Below, one piece after another: positions 23,543-33,021 of a stretch of DNA of 64,000 nucleotides; the stretch's first letter is position 1; each line of letters starts with the position of its first letter. The notes below the pieces were generated by a model. The model saw only the letters and a list, made by a program, of their open reading frames with translations. It was not told where the DNA came from and did not search any database. The stretch is from Eledone cirrhosa (Eukaryota), in contig OZ024742.1 in the NCBI GenBank assembly GCA_964016885.1, positions 123,132,001 through 123,196,000 on the forward strand. Direction: 5' to 3'. Made by a program: the position numbers and the translations under genes.

Positions 23543-26500
23543 CTACAGGCTGATATAGAGAGAAGGCCCATTCACTCGGGCCATTCTCGCCACTTTCACC
23601 CACCTTTCATAAAACTTGCTGGGGTACAGCACCTCTCTCACCATCCTGATTCTTCTTCCAAAGTGGTATTTGAAAAAAAGAATCAGTTGTTGGCCGGAGA
23701 GAAAGGTGTCTGACCTCAGCCCTTTCAACCTTGTCCACCATACAACCTCTTTCGCCATAGCTATCACACAAAGGAAAACCGCCTCTCCTTCGTTTTTGAA
23801 GGAGGGTGGCGGTTTGATCATGACAATGGACTCGGTGGTCAACTGGATTGGTCCCACCCGCGACAATAGTCGTTCTACATATCCCCACAGGTCAGTGACG
23901 CCCGGGCAGTGTATGAATGCGTGCGCGACGGTTTCTTCGTCTCGCACGCACCTCGGACAGATCTTTTTTGCAGGGTCCCTGCCCGGGCGCCCATGTCTGT
24001 AGAGCTTGTCTCGAACTGGTAGAGCTCCTCGGTAGCACTGCCAGGCCAGGGACTTTTGGAAGTTGTCCATCGGTCCCGGGCGGAAGGTCCTACCGAACAG
24101 ACTGGCCAGTTCATCTTCCTCCACGCCCAGAGTTTCACCGAGCGCGTCGTCGCACTTGCTGCGGACCAACCCTCTATAGAATGACGAAGTGGAGTCTCCA
24201 CTGATCGCCGGGTCCGCCTGCCAGAGGGCTGTGAGCGCCTGAGCACATTCGATGTGCCAGTCGCCCATTTTCCTCGGTCTCTGCTTGACCCAGGACTGCA
24301 GCTCGGTCAGTGAGACGAGTCGTGGGAAGGCTCGCCTCACGAACGGGGCCCACACCGGTTGTCCGGTGAGGAATACGTAGAGATGCCGCAGCCTGAGCGC
24401 GTGTTTGCGCATCGTCAACCACGGCATCCCCAGCCCTCCGTTAGAAGGGTGTTGGCAGCAGATGGATCTTCTTACCAAAGGAGCCCGCCTCTTCCAAAGG
24501 AATCGGAAGAGGGCGCGCTCCATTTTGGCGAGCGTTTTGGCTGGACAAGGCACGACGGTCAAGCGGTAGTAGATGGCGGACGCTATAAAAGTGTTCGCCA
24601 CCTCCGCTCGACCTTTCAAGGATAGTTTGCACTCGGCCTACTTCTGGGTGAGTGCAAACACCTTGGCCGTCACTTCGTTCCAGTTCTTCTCCACCTGGAG
24701 GTCCGGACCAAACCAGACCCCGAGCAGCTTTACCGGTCCTTCCGTCCAGCGTCCGACGACGCCATCGGAAGGCATCGGTCTGCCTCTCCACGATCCAAGT
24801 TGCAAACCGATGGACTTGTCCCGGTTCAGCTTCGCTCCTGTGAGACTTTCGTATTCCTTTAGTAAGGTGCCGACTTTCTCGATTTGAGAGGCGCTCGACA
24901 CCATTACTGTCACGTCGTCGGCGTAGGCCGACGCCGCTTTCCGCAGTCCCGGTTCCAGAGGGATGCCCTGCAATAGCTCCAGCTTCCGCAATAGTGGCTC
25001 GAGAGTCAGTACGTACAGAAGGGAGGAGAGAGGGCATCCCTGTCGAATGGATCGCGTAATATGGAACGGCTCCGAGAGGTAACCGTTCACCTTGACCCTT
25101 GAGCAGATGTTGCTGTTGTGCATTGCAGCAATCCAGCCCCTGAACACGGGTCCGAAGCCTGCCGCCTCGAGCACCGCATCCAGGTAACGATGGTCAACCC
25201 TATCGAAAGCCTTAGACTGATCCAAGTTGATCAGGGCCCCACCGAAGCCGGGTTTACACCCTACCCTCTCTATGATGTATCGCATGAGGTGGAGGTTGTC
25301 GTGTATGGACCTGGTCGGGATCGCGCATGTCTGCGCTTCTCCCACCAGGTTCTCGACGACAAGCGCCAGCCTCTTTGCCAACACCTTGGCCAAAATCTGT
25401 AACTCTGTGTTTAGCAGAGTTATGGGCCGGAAGTTGCCTATGTCACCCCCCTTATTCTCGTCCTTCCTGATTAGTGTGACCACGCCCCCGGTTACAGAAT
25501 TGGGAATTCTCCCGTTCTGTTGCCAGTTGCAGTAGACCGCTTCCAGGAGACCGGAGAATAAGTCCGGCATTGCTACGTAAAATTCGTAGGGTAGACCGTC
25601 GAGACCTGGAGATTTGCGTTTGCCGCATTGGCTCAGCGCGTCCCCTATCTCAGTGGCTGAAATCGGCTTTTCGCAGAACTTCGCCTCGCTGTCCGAGAGT
25701 CGCGGTAGGCCGTCGAGGTATGGACCGAAATCCATAGCCTCTCCCGGCGCGCCGCTCCCCCCGAACAGCCGAGCAAAGTGCCGCTGAAAAGCCGCACACA
25801 TCTGCTTCGGCTCACGTATCACGCGTCCGTTTTGGTCCTTCAAAGACCGAATCTTGGACTTGTTGCCACTTTTTGCCTCCGTCACTCGGGCCCAGCTAAC
25901 AGCTTTGGCTCCCTCGTTTCCCAGAGCACGTATTTTGCTTCTGACAACGCAGCCCTCGTGCTTTGCGTCGAAGAACTGGTCCAAGGCCGTTCTCGTTGCT
26001 AGCACGCTGGCTACGTTGCCTCTTCTAATAGCCTCTTCTACTTTATCTACCAGTTCCTTCTCGGTTCTAATTCTATCTAACGCTAATTCTTTACTAAAAA
26101 CTATCGAGTCTAATCTAACTGCCCTCTTGAGAGAGTACCACCATCTGTTGTTGACAATGGCCCCTGTCAAGTGCTGTTTAACTAAAGTGCTAATCCGTCT
26201 ACTGTAGGCTTTGCTTGTCGGTAACGACAAGTTCAGCTTCCAGTAGCCGGGTCCTTGTCTATGGGTTCTATCAAGCTTGGCCATGCAGGTCACTAGTTTG
26301 TGATCTGAATAGGCAACCATGAACATTTGTGGACAGCTTACCATGTCCCTATCCTTATTTCTAACTAGAACCCTATCTAGGTACGATCTAGATGTTCCGC
26401 TACGATTACTCCACGTCCACAGTGGCGCAGTCGGAAAATCTAGTCGATATCTATCGGCCAGGTCAAATCGGTCGATTAACTGTTTGAGGCTGTTACACCC

Positions 26501-26980
26501 CCCTTTATCGGGACATGCTCCCACATAGTCCCAACGTGCATCTAGGATTCCATTCCAGTCCCCCACTAAAAGCAAGGAGCGGGACGTTCCCAGAAAAGTC
26601 TCTAGACGTTTGAAGAAGTCTGGCCGCGGTGTCCCGGATGGGGCATATGCGGCCACCAGCCTGAACGCTCCACTTTCACTACCGTCAACGTCTAGGACCA
26701 CCAGTCGACCCTCCGGGTCCAGATGTACCGTCTGTGTTACGAGGCCCAGGTGTTTCCGCAGCAAAACGGCAACTCCGCCCCCACCCCCCGGTTGACAGAG
26801 AGATGCGTAGATCTCAAAGTCATCGAAGATGGGGGCCAGCTGTCGCTCGCCGTGGATCCTGGACTCGCAAATGGCTACCACATCCAAACTGTGCGACCTG
26901 AGGTCGTTTAAGAGTTTACCCTGTTTCCAGGGCATCCCCAGGCCGCGTACGTTCACACATCCAACTCTTATATTGGCCAT
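23543..26980 (-). pseudogene. Copy C ORF2, interrupted only by TAG at 24638-24640
   Basis: ORFs 24638-26980 and 23543-24619 share a frame. B, D and E have TGG (LTQKW/LIQKW) at this codon. Confidence 0.95.
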
Positions 26981-27013
26981 GTTGGTGCTGAAAAGTTAAA
27001 AGAGGAAAAGAGA

Positions 27014-28930
27014 TCACTCACCCTTCGCCTCCTGGGGACCAGGCCGCACGATTTCCATGGGGGTGTTGGAGGGGTTGTCTGGATGGGTGGTGGTTTCCGG
27101 CGGGGTGGGGACGCAGATGTTTGGTGGGGTGGGGTCTGGTGGGATGGGGGTGTCTGGGGTGGGGAGGCATTTGAGAAGGACGCGGTTGAGTGGTTTCACG
27201 CAGGAATTCCCCACATCCTTCTCAAATGTTTCTTTTAGGGACCTATAAGTTTGTATAGGGACCCTAATCAGTTTTAGGTTCATTTTTTTGCTATTTTTTA
27301 TAGAGTGGGCGAAAGTTTTCCCTTCGGTGAAAACCGAAGGGTCGTTCGTAATGGTCTCCATTAGTGTTTTGTTTTCAGTGTTTATGTAAGTGTAAGTGTA
27401 ATTTTCTTGTGTTGTGTTTGTTTTTGTCTGTAGTTCTTGTGTGTGCTTTCGTTTTGTTGTAGGTATTTTGTTTTCAGGAGGTGGGGGTTTTGTTTGTGAT
27501 ATTTTTGTTGTTTGTGTTGGTGGTTGTATGTTTGTGGTAGTGTTTGCTGGTTTTTTGCTTTTGTGATGTCTTTTCTTTCTTTTCGAGCGATGGGGTTCTC
27601 CCTCGTCTTCACTGGGTGATGGCGAGATAGCCTCATCTGTTGTATCGTCTGTGTGATTGGGGAGGGGTATGTCTTGGGGAGCTGTTGTGTCTGTATGTGA
27701 TTTTGCAGTGGTTTTAGGTGGAGTGAGGTTGGGTGGGACTGTGTTTGTTGTGGTTATTTTTGTGTGTTGGTGTTGTTGTTGTAGTGGTGGTGTTGGTGGT
27801 TGTGTTGTTTTGATGGCTGTTGGCAGAAGAGCCTTTTTTTGGTTCATTAGTTTAGGACAGGAAGCCCTCAGGTGACCCCTGCTAAAGCAATGGTAACATG
27901 AAGGCCGCCTACCCTCAACCGAAAGGTTTATGTAGGTAAGTCCGTCCAGGAGTACACGCTGTGGGATCATAGCTATTCGCTCTGGGCTCATTTGCACCAG
28001 AACTTCAATGCTAGTCCCATTGAATACATCTCTGGGGGACTTGCCTACTGACAGTATTCTGTCTTCATCAAAATTGATGAAGCCGCACAGTATCCACCAT
28101 ATGTTCACCTTTGGTGTGACACTTGTGATTCTGATCTTTTGTGTCCTTTTTCCCATGTATGTAGGGAAAAAGGTGTACAGGTTGGATACAATTGGCGACA
28201 CAGAGTAATTTTGGGCCGTCAATTGATCCTTCATCAGTACCGAAATACTCCCAAAAAGTTTGCTTCTTTGAATGAATGCAATATCATTCATTGAATCTTT
28301 GAAAACCAGTTCAATATCTTTCTGTGACAATTGGACTGGTTTTCGGGTAGAATTGGAAACTGTCCTAAAAACTATCGTTTTGAGAGCAGTTTCCTTGCGA
28401 ATTTCTACCGGAGAATTGATGCTGAAAGCACCATTTTTTTCGAAGGTGACATATCTCTTAGCGTCCTTTAAAAGGTGTTCAGCATTTGTTATGTCGAGAT
28501 ATATCAATTGTTCTTTCTCTTGAACTTTCTCCGCAAAGGAGATTTTTGGTTTCTTTGTGGAATCCGTATTGGTGGTGTTGTCATTATTGTTGTTATTCTT
28601 GTTGTTATTCTTGTTGTCACCGATGTTGGTATCATCCGTATTTTCCTTGGTGTTGTTGTTGTCTTTGATGCTGGTGTTATTGGCGTTGTCTTTATTTTTT
28701 TCTTTGTTGTTGTTATCATTGTTGCTTTTATCATCATTATTGGTTTTGCTGTTATTTTTGTTGTCATTGAGCTGTTTGGTGTCATTTGTGTTGTTTGGAT
28801 GTGAATTCGTTTTTTTATTTTCATTTTGTCTTTCCATCTCTATAGTATCTAGTGAAGAAGACGTTGTTGACTGCGAGCTTTGTAGTCTTACCGCCTCTCC
28901 ACCACCATTATCGTTGGACGCAGCGTTCAT
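27014..28930 (-). CDS. Copy C ORF1 (638 aa, CCHC knuckle)
   Basis: VEGRRPSCYHCFSRGHLRASC, with an Asn-rich N-terminus. Confidence 0.93.
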   Translation of the reverse strand: MNAASNDNGGGEAVRLQSSQSTTSSSLDTIEMERQNENKKTNSHPNNTNDTKQLNDNKNNSKTNNDDKSNNDNNNKEKNKDNANNTSIKDNNNTKENTDDTNIGDNKNNNKNNNNNDNTTNTDSTKKPKISFAEKVQEKEQLIYLDITNAEHLLKDAKRYVTFEKNGAFSINSPVEIRKETALKTIVFRTVSNSTRKPVQLSQKDIELVFKDSMNDIAFIQRSKLFGSISVLMKDQLTAQNYSVSPIVSNLYTFFPTYMGKRTQKIRITSVTPKVNIWWILCGFINFDEDRILSVGKSPRDVFNGTSIEVLVQMSPERIAMIPQRVLLDGLTYINLSVEGRRPSCYHCFSRGHLRASCPKLMNQKKALLPTAIKTTQPPTPPLQQQHQHTKITTTNTVPPNLTPPKTTAKSHTDTTAPQDIPLPNHTDDTTDEAISPSPSEDEGEPHRSKRKKRHHKSKKPANTTTNIQPPTQTTKISQTKPPPPENKIPTTKRKHTQELQTKTNTTQENYTYTYINTENKTLMETITNDPSVFTEGKTFAHSIKNSKKMNLKLIRVPIQTYRSLKETFEKDVGNSCVKPLNRVLLKCLPTPDTPIPPDPTPPNICVPTPPETTTHPDNPSNTPMEIVRPGPQEAKGE

Positions 28931-29173
28931 AACGTAATCAAAATTTTACAATATTTTTTTCCAAGATTCGATGGAGAAAAATTTTTTAAATGGATATTCC
29001 GCCCCTGAAGGGGCGAAAATGAGTTGACCCACCACCTGAAGGTCCAGACGGGTGGTCAAGTTACACAATGATATAAAATTGAACTAAAAACTCACGTTTT
29101 TTCCTTACATAAATTAACGGAAACTTCTCCGCGAAGTGACACACGACTGATAGAGAGATAGATAGATAGATAG

Positions 29174-29264
29174 ATATATTTCTTTATTAGCCACAGGGGC
29201 ACAAAAGAAGGGGACAAATACAAAGGGGGAAGTTTACATACAATAAAAACGTGTAAAATGTTAT
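29174..29264 (-). repeat. 91-bp exact duplicate of copy C's 3' terminus (23301-23391) with its own (TATC)n tail
   Basis: Base-for-base identical by inspection and flanked on both sides by (GATA)n. Confidence 0.95.
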
Positions 29265-29295
<31 letters not shown>

Positions 29296-29559
29296 TGTTT
29301 CTTTTATTTGCCACTAGGGCATCAAAAGTGGGACAAGTACAAAGGGGGGAGTTTACATAAAAAGGCGTCCTCAATAAGGAGGAGGCAATAACCAAATATA
29401 AAAATAAAATAAGATATAACAAAAAATAAAATTTTTAACAAAATCCTCAATAGAGAGGAGGCGCCTTGGGGGGTCGCACACACCCCCGAAAAAAGTGTGC
29501 AACCCTTCTCCTCAGGAGCACAGAGAAGGGGTGCTCCCTTGGTCTTTCATCTTCCTCAC

Positions 29560-32500
29560 CTATAGTCTGATGTAGAGTGAAGGCCCATTCACACGGGCCA
29601 TTCTCGCCACTTTCACCCATCTTTCATAGAAACGGCTGGGGTGCAGCACCTCTCTCTCCATCCTGATCCTTCTTCCGAAATGATATCGGAAGAAACGGAC
29701 CAGTTGTTGGCCAGAGAGAAAGGTGCCTGACCTCAGTCCTTTCAGACGCGTCCACCATACAACCTCTTTCGCCATGGCTATTACGCACAGAAACACCGCC
29801 TCTGCTTCATCTTTGAAGGGGGGAGGCGGCTTGATCATTACAATAGACTCGGTGGTCAACCGGATCGGTCCCACCCTTGACAGCAGTTGTTCGACATAGC
29901 CCCACAGATCGGCTACGCTCGAGCAGTGTACCAATGCGTGTGCAACGGTTTCCTCGTCGCACACGCATCTGGGACAGATCTTTTTGGCGGGGTCCCTACC
30001 CGGGCGCCCGTGTCTGTAGAGCCTTTCTCGAACGGGTAAAGCCCCTCGGTAGCACTGCCAGGCCAGGGACTTCTGGAAGTTGTCCATAGGTCCCGGGCTG
30101 AATGTCCTACCGAACAGGCTGGCCAGTTCGTCCTCCTCCATGTCTAGGGCTTCTCCGAGGGCGTCGTCGCACCTGCTGCGTACCAGCCCTCTATAGAATG
30201 TTGCGGTGGAGTCTCCACTGATAACCGGATCCGCCTGCCAGAGGGCGGTGAGCGCCTGGGCACACTCAGTGTGCCAGGCGCCCAGTTTTCTCGGTCTTTG
30301 CTTGACCCAGGATTGCAGCTCGGTGAGTGAGACGAGTCTGGGAAAGGTTCGTCTCACAAACGAGGCCCACACCGGTTGTCCGGTGAGGAATACGTAGAGG
30401 TGCCGTAGCCTTAATGCGTGTTTACGCATCATTAGCCACGGCATCCCCAGCCCTCCTTTCGAAGGGTGTTGACAGCAGATGGATCTCCTCACCATAGGAG
30501 CCCGCCTCTTCCAAAGGAATTGGAAGTGCGCGCGATCCATCTTGGTGAGGGTTTCCCTTGGGCAGGGCACTACGGTCAGGCGGTAGTAGATGACGGACGC
30601 TATGTAGGTGTTCGCCACCTCCGCCCGACCTTTCAGGGATAGTTTGCAACTGGCCCACTTCTGGGTCAGTGCAAACACCCTGTTCGTAACCTCCGCCCAG
30701 TTTTTCTCCACCTGGAGGTCCGGTCCGAACCAGACCCCGAGCAACTTCACCGGGCCCTCCGTCCAGCGTCCGACGACGCTATCGGAGGGCATCGGTCTGC
30801 CCCTCCACGTGCCGAGTTGCAAACCGATCGACTTGTCCCGGTTCAGCTTAGCCCCTGTGAACTTTTCGTACTCCTCCAGTAAGGTGCCGACCGCCTCGAT
30901 TTCGGAGGCCGTCGACACCATTACTGTCACGTCATCGGCGTAGGCCGACACCGCTTTCCGCAATCCCGGTTCCAAAGGGATGCCCTGCAACAACTCCAAC
31001 TTCCGCAGTAGTGGCTCGAGAGTCAACACATACAGAAGGGAGGAGAGAGGGCACCCTTGTCGGATGGACCGCGCGATTTTGAACGGCTCCGAGAGGTAGC
31101 CGTTCACCTTGACCCTAGAGCAGGTGCGGCTGCTGTGCATAGCAGTGATCCAGCCCCTGAAAACGGGTCCGAAGCCTGCCGCCGCTAGCACCGCATCCAG
31201 GTAACCATGGTCGACCCTATCGAACGCCTTAGATTGATCCAAGTTGATCAGAGCCCCACCAAAGCCGGGTTCGTTCCCAACCCTCTCTATGATGTATCGC
31301 ATGAGGTGGAGGTTGTCATGGATGGACCTGGACGGGATAGCGCATGTCTGCGCATCTCCCACCAGGTTGCCCACGACAAGCGCCAACCTCTTTGCTAGCA
31401 CCTTGGCCAAAATCTGTAACTCTGTATTTAGCAGTGTTATGGGCCTGAAGTTACTTATTTCGTCCCCCTTGTTCTCGTCCTTCCTCACTAGCGTGACTAC
31501 GCCCTTGGTCACAGTACAGGGAATTCTCCCGTTCTGTTGCCAGTTGCAGTAGACCGCCTCGAGGAGATCGGGGAACAAGTCCGGCATAGCTAGATATAAT
31601 TCGTAAGGAAGACCATCGAGACCCGGGGATTTGCGTTTGCCGCATTGGCTCAGCACGTCCTCTATCTCAGCGGCCGAAATCGGCTCCTCGCAGGACTTCG
31701 CCTCCCTGTCCGAGAGGCGCGGCAGGCCGTCGAGGTATGGACCGAAGTCCACGTTCCCAACCGGCTCCCCGCCCCTCCCGAACAGTCGGGCAAAGTGCCT
31801 TTGAAAGGCCTCACACATCTGCTTAGGCTCAAGAATCGCCCGTCCATCCATGTCTCGCAAAGACCGGATGGTGGATTTAGTTCCACTGTTGGCCTCTGTC
31901 ACGCGGGCCCAGCTAACAGCTTTGGTCCCCTCGTTCCCTAGAGCACGTATTTTACTTCGGACAACGCAGCCTTCGTGCTTCGCGTCGAAAAACTGGCTCA
32001 AAGCCGTTCTCGACGCTAGCACTCTGGCCACGTCGCCGCTTCTAATTGCCTCTTCTACTCTATCTATTAGCTCCCTTTCCTTCCTATTCCTATCCGCAGC
32101 TAGAACCTTACTAAATTCTATCGAGACTACTCTAATCTCTCTCTTTAGAGATACCCACCACCTGCTGTTGACGATCGCTCCAGTCAACCGTTCCTTAACT
32201 AACGTACTAATCCGATTCCTGTAGGCTCTACTTGCCGGCAAGGACAAGTTGAGCTTCCAGTAACCGGGGCCCTGTCTATGAGTTCTGTCAAGGTTGACCA
32301 TGCAGGTCACTAATTTGTGGTCTGAATAGCCAACAATGCGCATTTTTGGACAACTTAAAAAGTCCTTATCCTTAATTCTAACTAAGAACCTATCTAGGTA
32401 CGACCTAGATGATCCGCTACGATTTGCCCAAGTCCAGGTTGGCGCAGTCGGAAAATCTAGTCGATATCTATCGGCCAGGTCAAATCGACCGATTAACCCT

Positions 32501-32997
32501 TTGAGGCTATTACACCCCTCTCTATCGGGGCAGGCCCCTACGTAGTCCCAGCGTGCATCTAGGATACCATTCCAGTCCCCCACTAATAGCAAGGAGTGGG
32601 ACGTCCCTAGAAAAGTCTCCAGACGATGGAAGAAGTCCGGCCGCATTGACCCGAAAGGGCCGTAGGCGGCTACCAACCTAAACGCTCCGCCTTTACCACT
32701 GCCTAGGTCCAGAACCACTAGTCGACCCTCCGGGTCCAAATGTACCATCTGTGTTGCGAGACCCAGATGTTTTTGCAGCAGAACGACAACTCCACCCCCA
32801 CCTCCGGGCTGACAGAGAGATGCGTGCATCTCAAAGTCATCAAAGGTGGGGGCCAGCTGTCGCACGTTGCTGATCCGGGCCTCGCAAATAACCATCACAT
32901 CTATACGTTGTGACCTGAGGTCATTTAGAAGCATTGCTTGCTTCCAAGTTGAGCCCAGGCCACGCGCATTTAAACAGCCTACTCTTAGCATAGCCAT
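29560..32997 (-). CDS. Copy D ORF2: APE-RT-zinc finger (true start MAMLRV at 32997)
   Basis: All catalytic motifs are present (GDWN, SDH, QGCPLS, YADD). Start assigned by alignment to B and C. Confidence 0.97.
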   Translation of the reverse strand: MAMLRVGCLNARGLGSTWKQAMLLNDLRSQRIDVMVICEARISNVRQLAPTFDDFEMHASLCQPGGGGGVVVLLQKHLGLATQMVHLDPEGRLVVLDLGSGKGGAFRLVAAYGPFGSMRPDFFHRLETFLGTSHSLLLVGDWNGILDARWDYVGACPDREGCNSLKGLIGRFDLADRYRLDFPTAPTWTWANRSGSSRSYLDRFLVRIKDKDFLSCPKMRIVGYSDHKLVTCMVNLDRTHRQGPGYWKLNLSLPASRAYRNRISTLVKERLTGAIVNSRWWVSLKREIRVVSIEFSKVLAADRNRKERELIDRVEEAIRSGDVARVLASRTALSQFFDAKHEGCVVRSKIRALGNEGTKAVSWARVTEANSGTKSTIRSLRDMDGRAILEPKQMCEAFQRHFARLFGRGGEPVGNVDFGPYLDGLPRLSDREAKSCEEPISAAEIEDVLSQCGKRKSPGLDGLPYELYLAMPDLFPDLLEAVYCNWQQNGRIPCTVTKGVVTLVRKDENKGDEISNFRPITLLNTELQILAKVLAKRLALVVGNLVGDAQTCAIPSRSIHDNLHLMRYIIERVGNEPGFGGALINLDQSKAFDRVDHGYLDAVLAAAGFGPVFRGWITAMHSSRTCSRVKVNGYLSEPFKIARSIRQGCPLSSLLYVLTLEPLLRKLELLQGIPLEPGLRKAVSAYADDVTVMVSTASEIEAVGTLLEEYEKFTGAKLNRDKSIGLQLGTWRGRPMPSDSVVGRWTEGPVKLLGVWFGPDLQVEKNWAEVTNRVFALTQKWASCKLSLKGRAEVANTYIASVIYYRLTVVPCPRETLTKMDRAHFQFLWKRRAPMVRRSICCQHPSKGGLGMPWLMMRKHALRLRHLYVFLTGQPVWASFVRRTFPRLVSLTELQSWVKQRPRKLGAWHTECAQALTALWQADPVISGDSTATFYRGLVRSRCDDALGEALDMEEDELASLFGRTFSPGPMDNFQKSLAWQCYRGALPVRERLYRHGRPGRDPAKKICPRCVCDEETVAHALVHCSSVADLWGYVEQLLSRVGPIRLTTESIVMIKPPPPFKDEAEAVFLCVIAMAKEVVWWTRLKGLRSGTFLSGQQLVRFFRYHFGRRIRMEREVLHPSRFYERWVKVARMARVNGPSLYIRL

Positions 32998-33021
32998 GTT
33001 GGTGGTGAAGAGAAAAGGCAC

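Larger units (their letters stand above)
23233..29149 (-). mobile_element. L1/Tx1-clade retrotransposon, copy C (full length, one nonsense codon in ORF2)
   Basis: Same layout as B. The 5' end reads TCAGTC. Confidence 0.96.

Noticed and set aside
24638-24640. Programmed readthrough of TAG in copy C ORF2
   Set aside because: B, D and E have TGG at this codon, so it is a single substitution or a base error.
26988-27021. 34-nt mini-intron (GTGAGT...TTTTCAG) fusing ORF1 to ORF2 in C
   Set aside because: It is very short, the product is out of frame with ORF2, and A, B and D have no such acceptor in the spacer.
23301-29264. Copy C as a true LTR element, or the 91-bp repeat as a host TSD
   Set aside because: There are no TG..CA ends or integrase, and the repeat is element 3' UTR homologous to B and D rather than host DNA.
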